In this document: one piece after another, positions 62,751 to 64,000 of the stretch
Layout: each line of letters begins with the position of its first letter
Numbering within the stretch: position 1 is the first letter of the stretch
NCBI RefSeq assembly: GCF_006345805.1
Contig: NC_043001.1
Coordinates: 44,764,001 to 44,828,000, forward strand
Length of the DNA stretch: 64,000 bases
DNA from: Octopus sinensis
Lineage: Eukaryota
Direction of reading: 5' to 3'
Made by a program: the position numbers and the translations under genes
Notes under the pieces: model-generated
Told to the model about the DNA's origin: nothing
Database searches by the model: none
What the model saw: only the letters and a program-made list of their open reading frames with translations

Positions 62751-64000
62751 GTTACGAGCTAGGACGGTCAAAGCTGAAAAAATACCTCCAGCAATAGAAA
62801 CCCGAGTAACATTTATTTAATTTTTTCTTCTCACCATCGAAGAGGGTAATCAAACTGATAGCGTAAAATATTATTCAGTTAATGGCCCCGTTAAATCATT
62901 TATTATTCTTTCTCTTGACAACAGTTAACTAACATAACGGTTCTACACTATCACTTGACCTGTTAGAAATAGTAACTAATTAATACTCCCTTAAATCACA
63001 CCTGACTGTCTCGAAGAAAAAATAAAAACATGTAGTTCTAGAAAAAACGTGATAATCGTTGAAACGATTTCATCTTCAGTTTACTGAGCCAGTACTATTC
63101 TGGAGCTGTGCTAAACAACAATGTCATTGTGTGATTTTTATTTTCTACCATAATTTTGCCGACTCAGACCTACCACATCTATCTGAATTCTAGTGATTAT
63201 TATTAATGTCTGAAACACAGAGTGGATAGCTGTATCGGTAGAAGGGTCAAAACGCGTTGTGATCTGATAGTTATGTCCCTCTGAATTTGGGTTTTGCTTG
63301 GTTGGAAATTGTCTGTCCATTCTAAGATCGATTAAATAAATACCATTCAAGTACTACTGTTCTCTCTATCAAAACCTATAATAAAGTGTCTGTGTGAGAA
63401 ATCAGTAGCTGATCATAATCTTTTTATTTCGTGTGAACTTCCGAATTTCCCTTTTGTTTTTTGTTTGTATCGGTTCCTTCTGAGATTTTATTTTTGTTTT
63501 AATGTTAAATATATTAGTAGTTAAATACGAAAATTAAAATTTTAGAGATTCATCTTATTCTTTGCATTTTTAAAAGTCACCAAGGCTAATATTCATGTGT
63601 ATATTTACACCGAAATACAGAAAAATTTCAAAGTGATTGATTCAATTCATATATTTCGTGAGGTAAAATATTGATTAATGACAAAAGGAAAACAAATTAA
63701 AGGATCACATAATTTTTATAACAGAAGGTGAATGAAGAACAATTAAATCTCTTTAATTGAAAATAAAAATGAAAATGAAATAAGCTACTTAATTTTGCAA
63801 AGTGCGTTTAAAATAATTCTAGCCTTCCTTTTTCGCTAGATTTGGAAGACTGATAAGAAACGCACGAGTCATCGGGGGAAGGGGAGGTAAGCATTGCATG
63901 ATGGGAAACATTGATTTATTTTTGTTATGCATTTATGTCTACCGTACACACGCACACACATGTATGTATACGTATTATATATATACGGGTGTGTGAGCAT

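Overview
AT-rich, microsatellite- and repeat-dense eukaryotic genomic DNA, not prokaryotic. The SINE families and the intronless C2H2 gene look to me like an octopus (coleoid cephalopod) genome; that assignment is recognition, not a database result. The only secure protein-coding gene is a single-coding-exon C2H2 zinc-finger gene (18759-20753, minus strand, 664 aa, 11 tandem fingers plus 1 isolated finger). Its recognition residues show a period-4 pattern. Most of the remainder is transposon debris: decayed CR1/Jockey-group and RTE LINEs, two abundant tRNA-derived SINE families, a CORE-like SINE, mariner and maT-like transposons, mariner- and piggyBac-type MITEs, a Helentron-type non-autonomous element, and micro/minisatellites, often nested. 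The best unexplained signals are (1) a near-canonical minimal type I hammerhead ribozyme at 3353-3400, (2) a manually assembled chain of plus-strand exons (2.5-15.6 kb) that may be an unrecognised gene, (3) a chain of minus-strand, probably non-coding exons from an NRF1-like promoter near 62.7 kb that could give the ZNF gene a ~42-kb, uORF-rich 5' UTR, and (4) a CpG-poor to CpG-rich transition near 53-55 kb. Exon calls are by eye and low confidence. Almost all ORFs in the supplied track are microsatellite or transposon artefacts.
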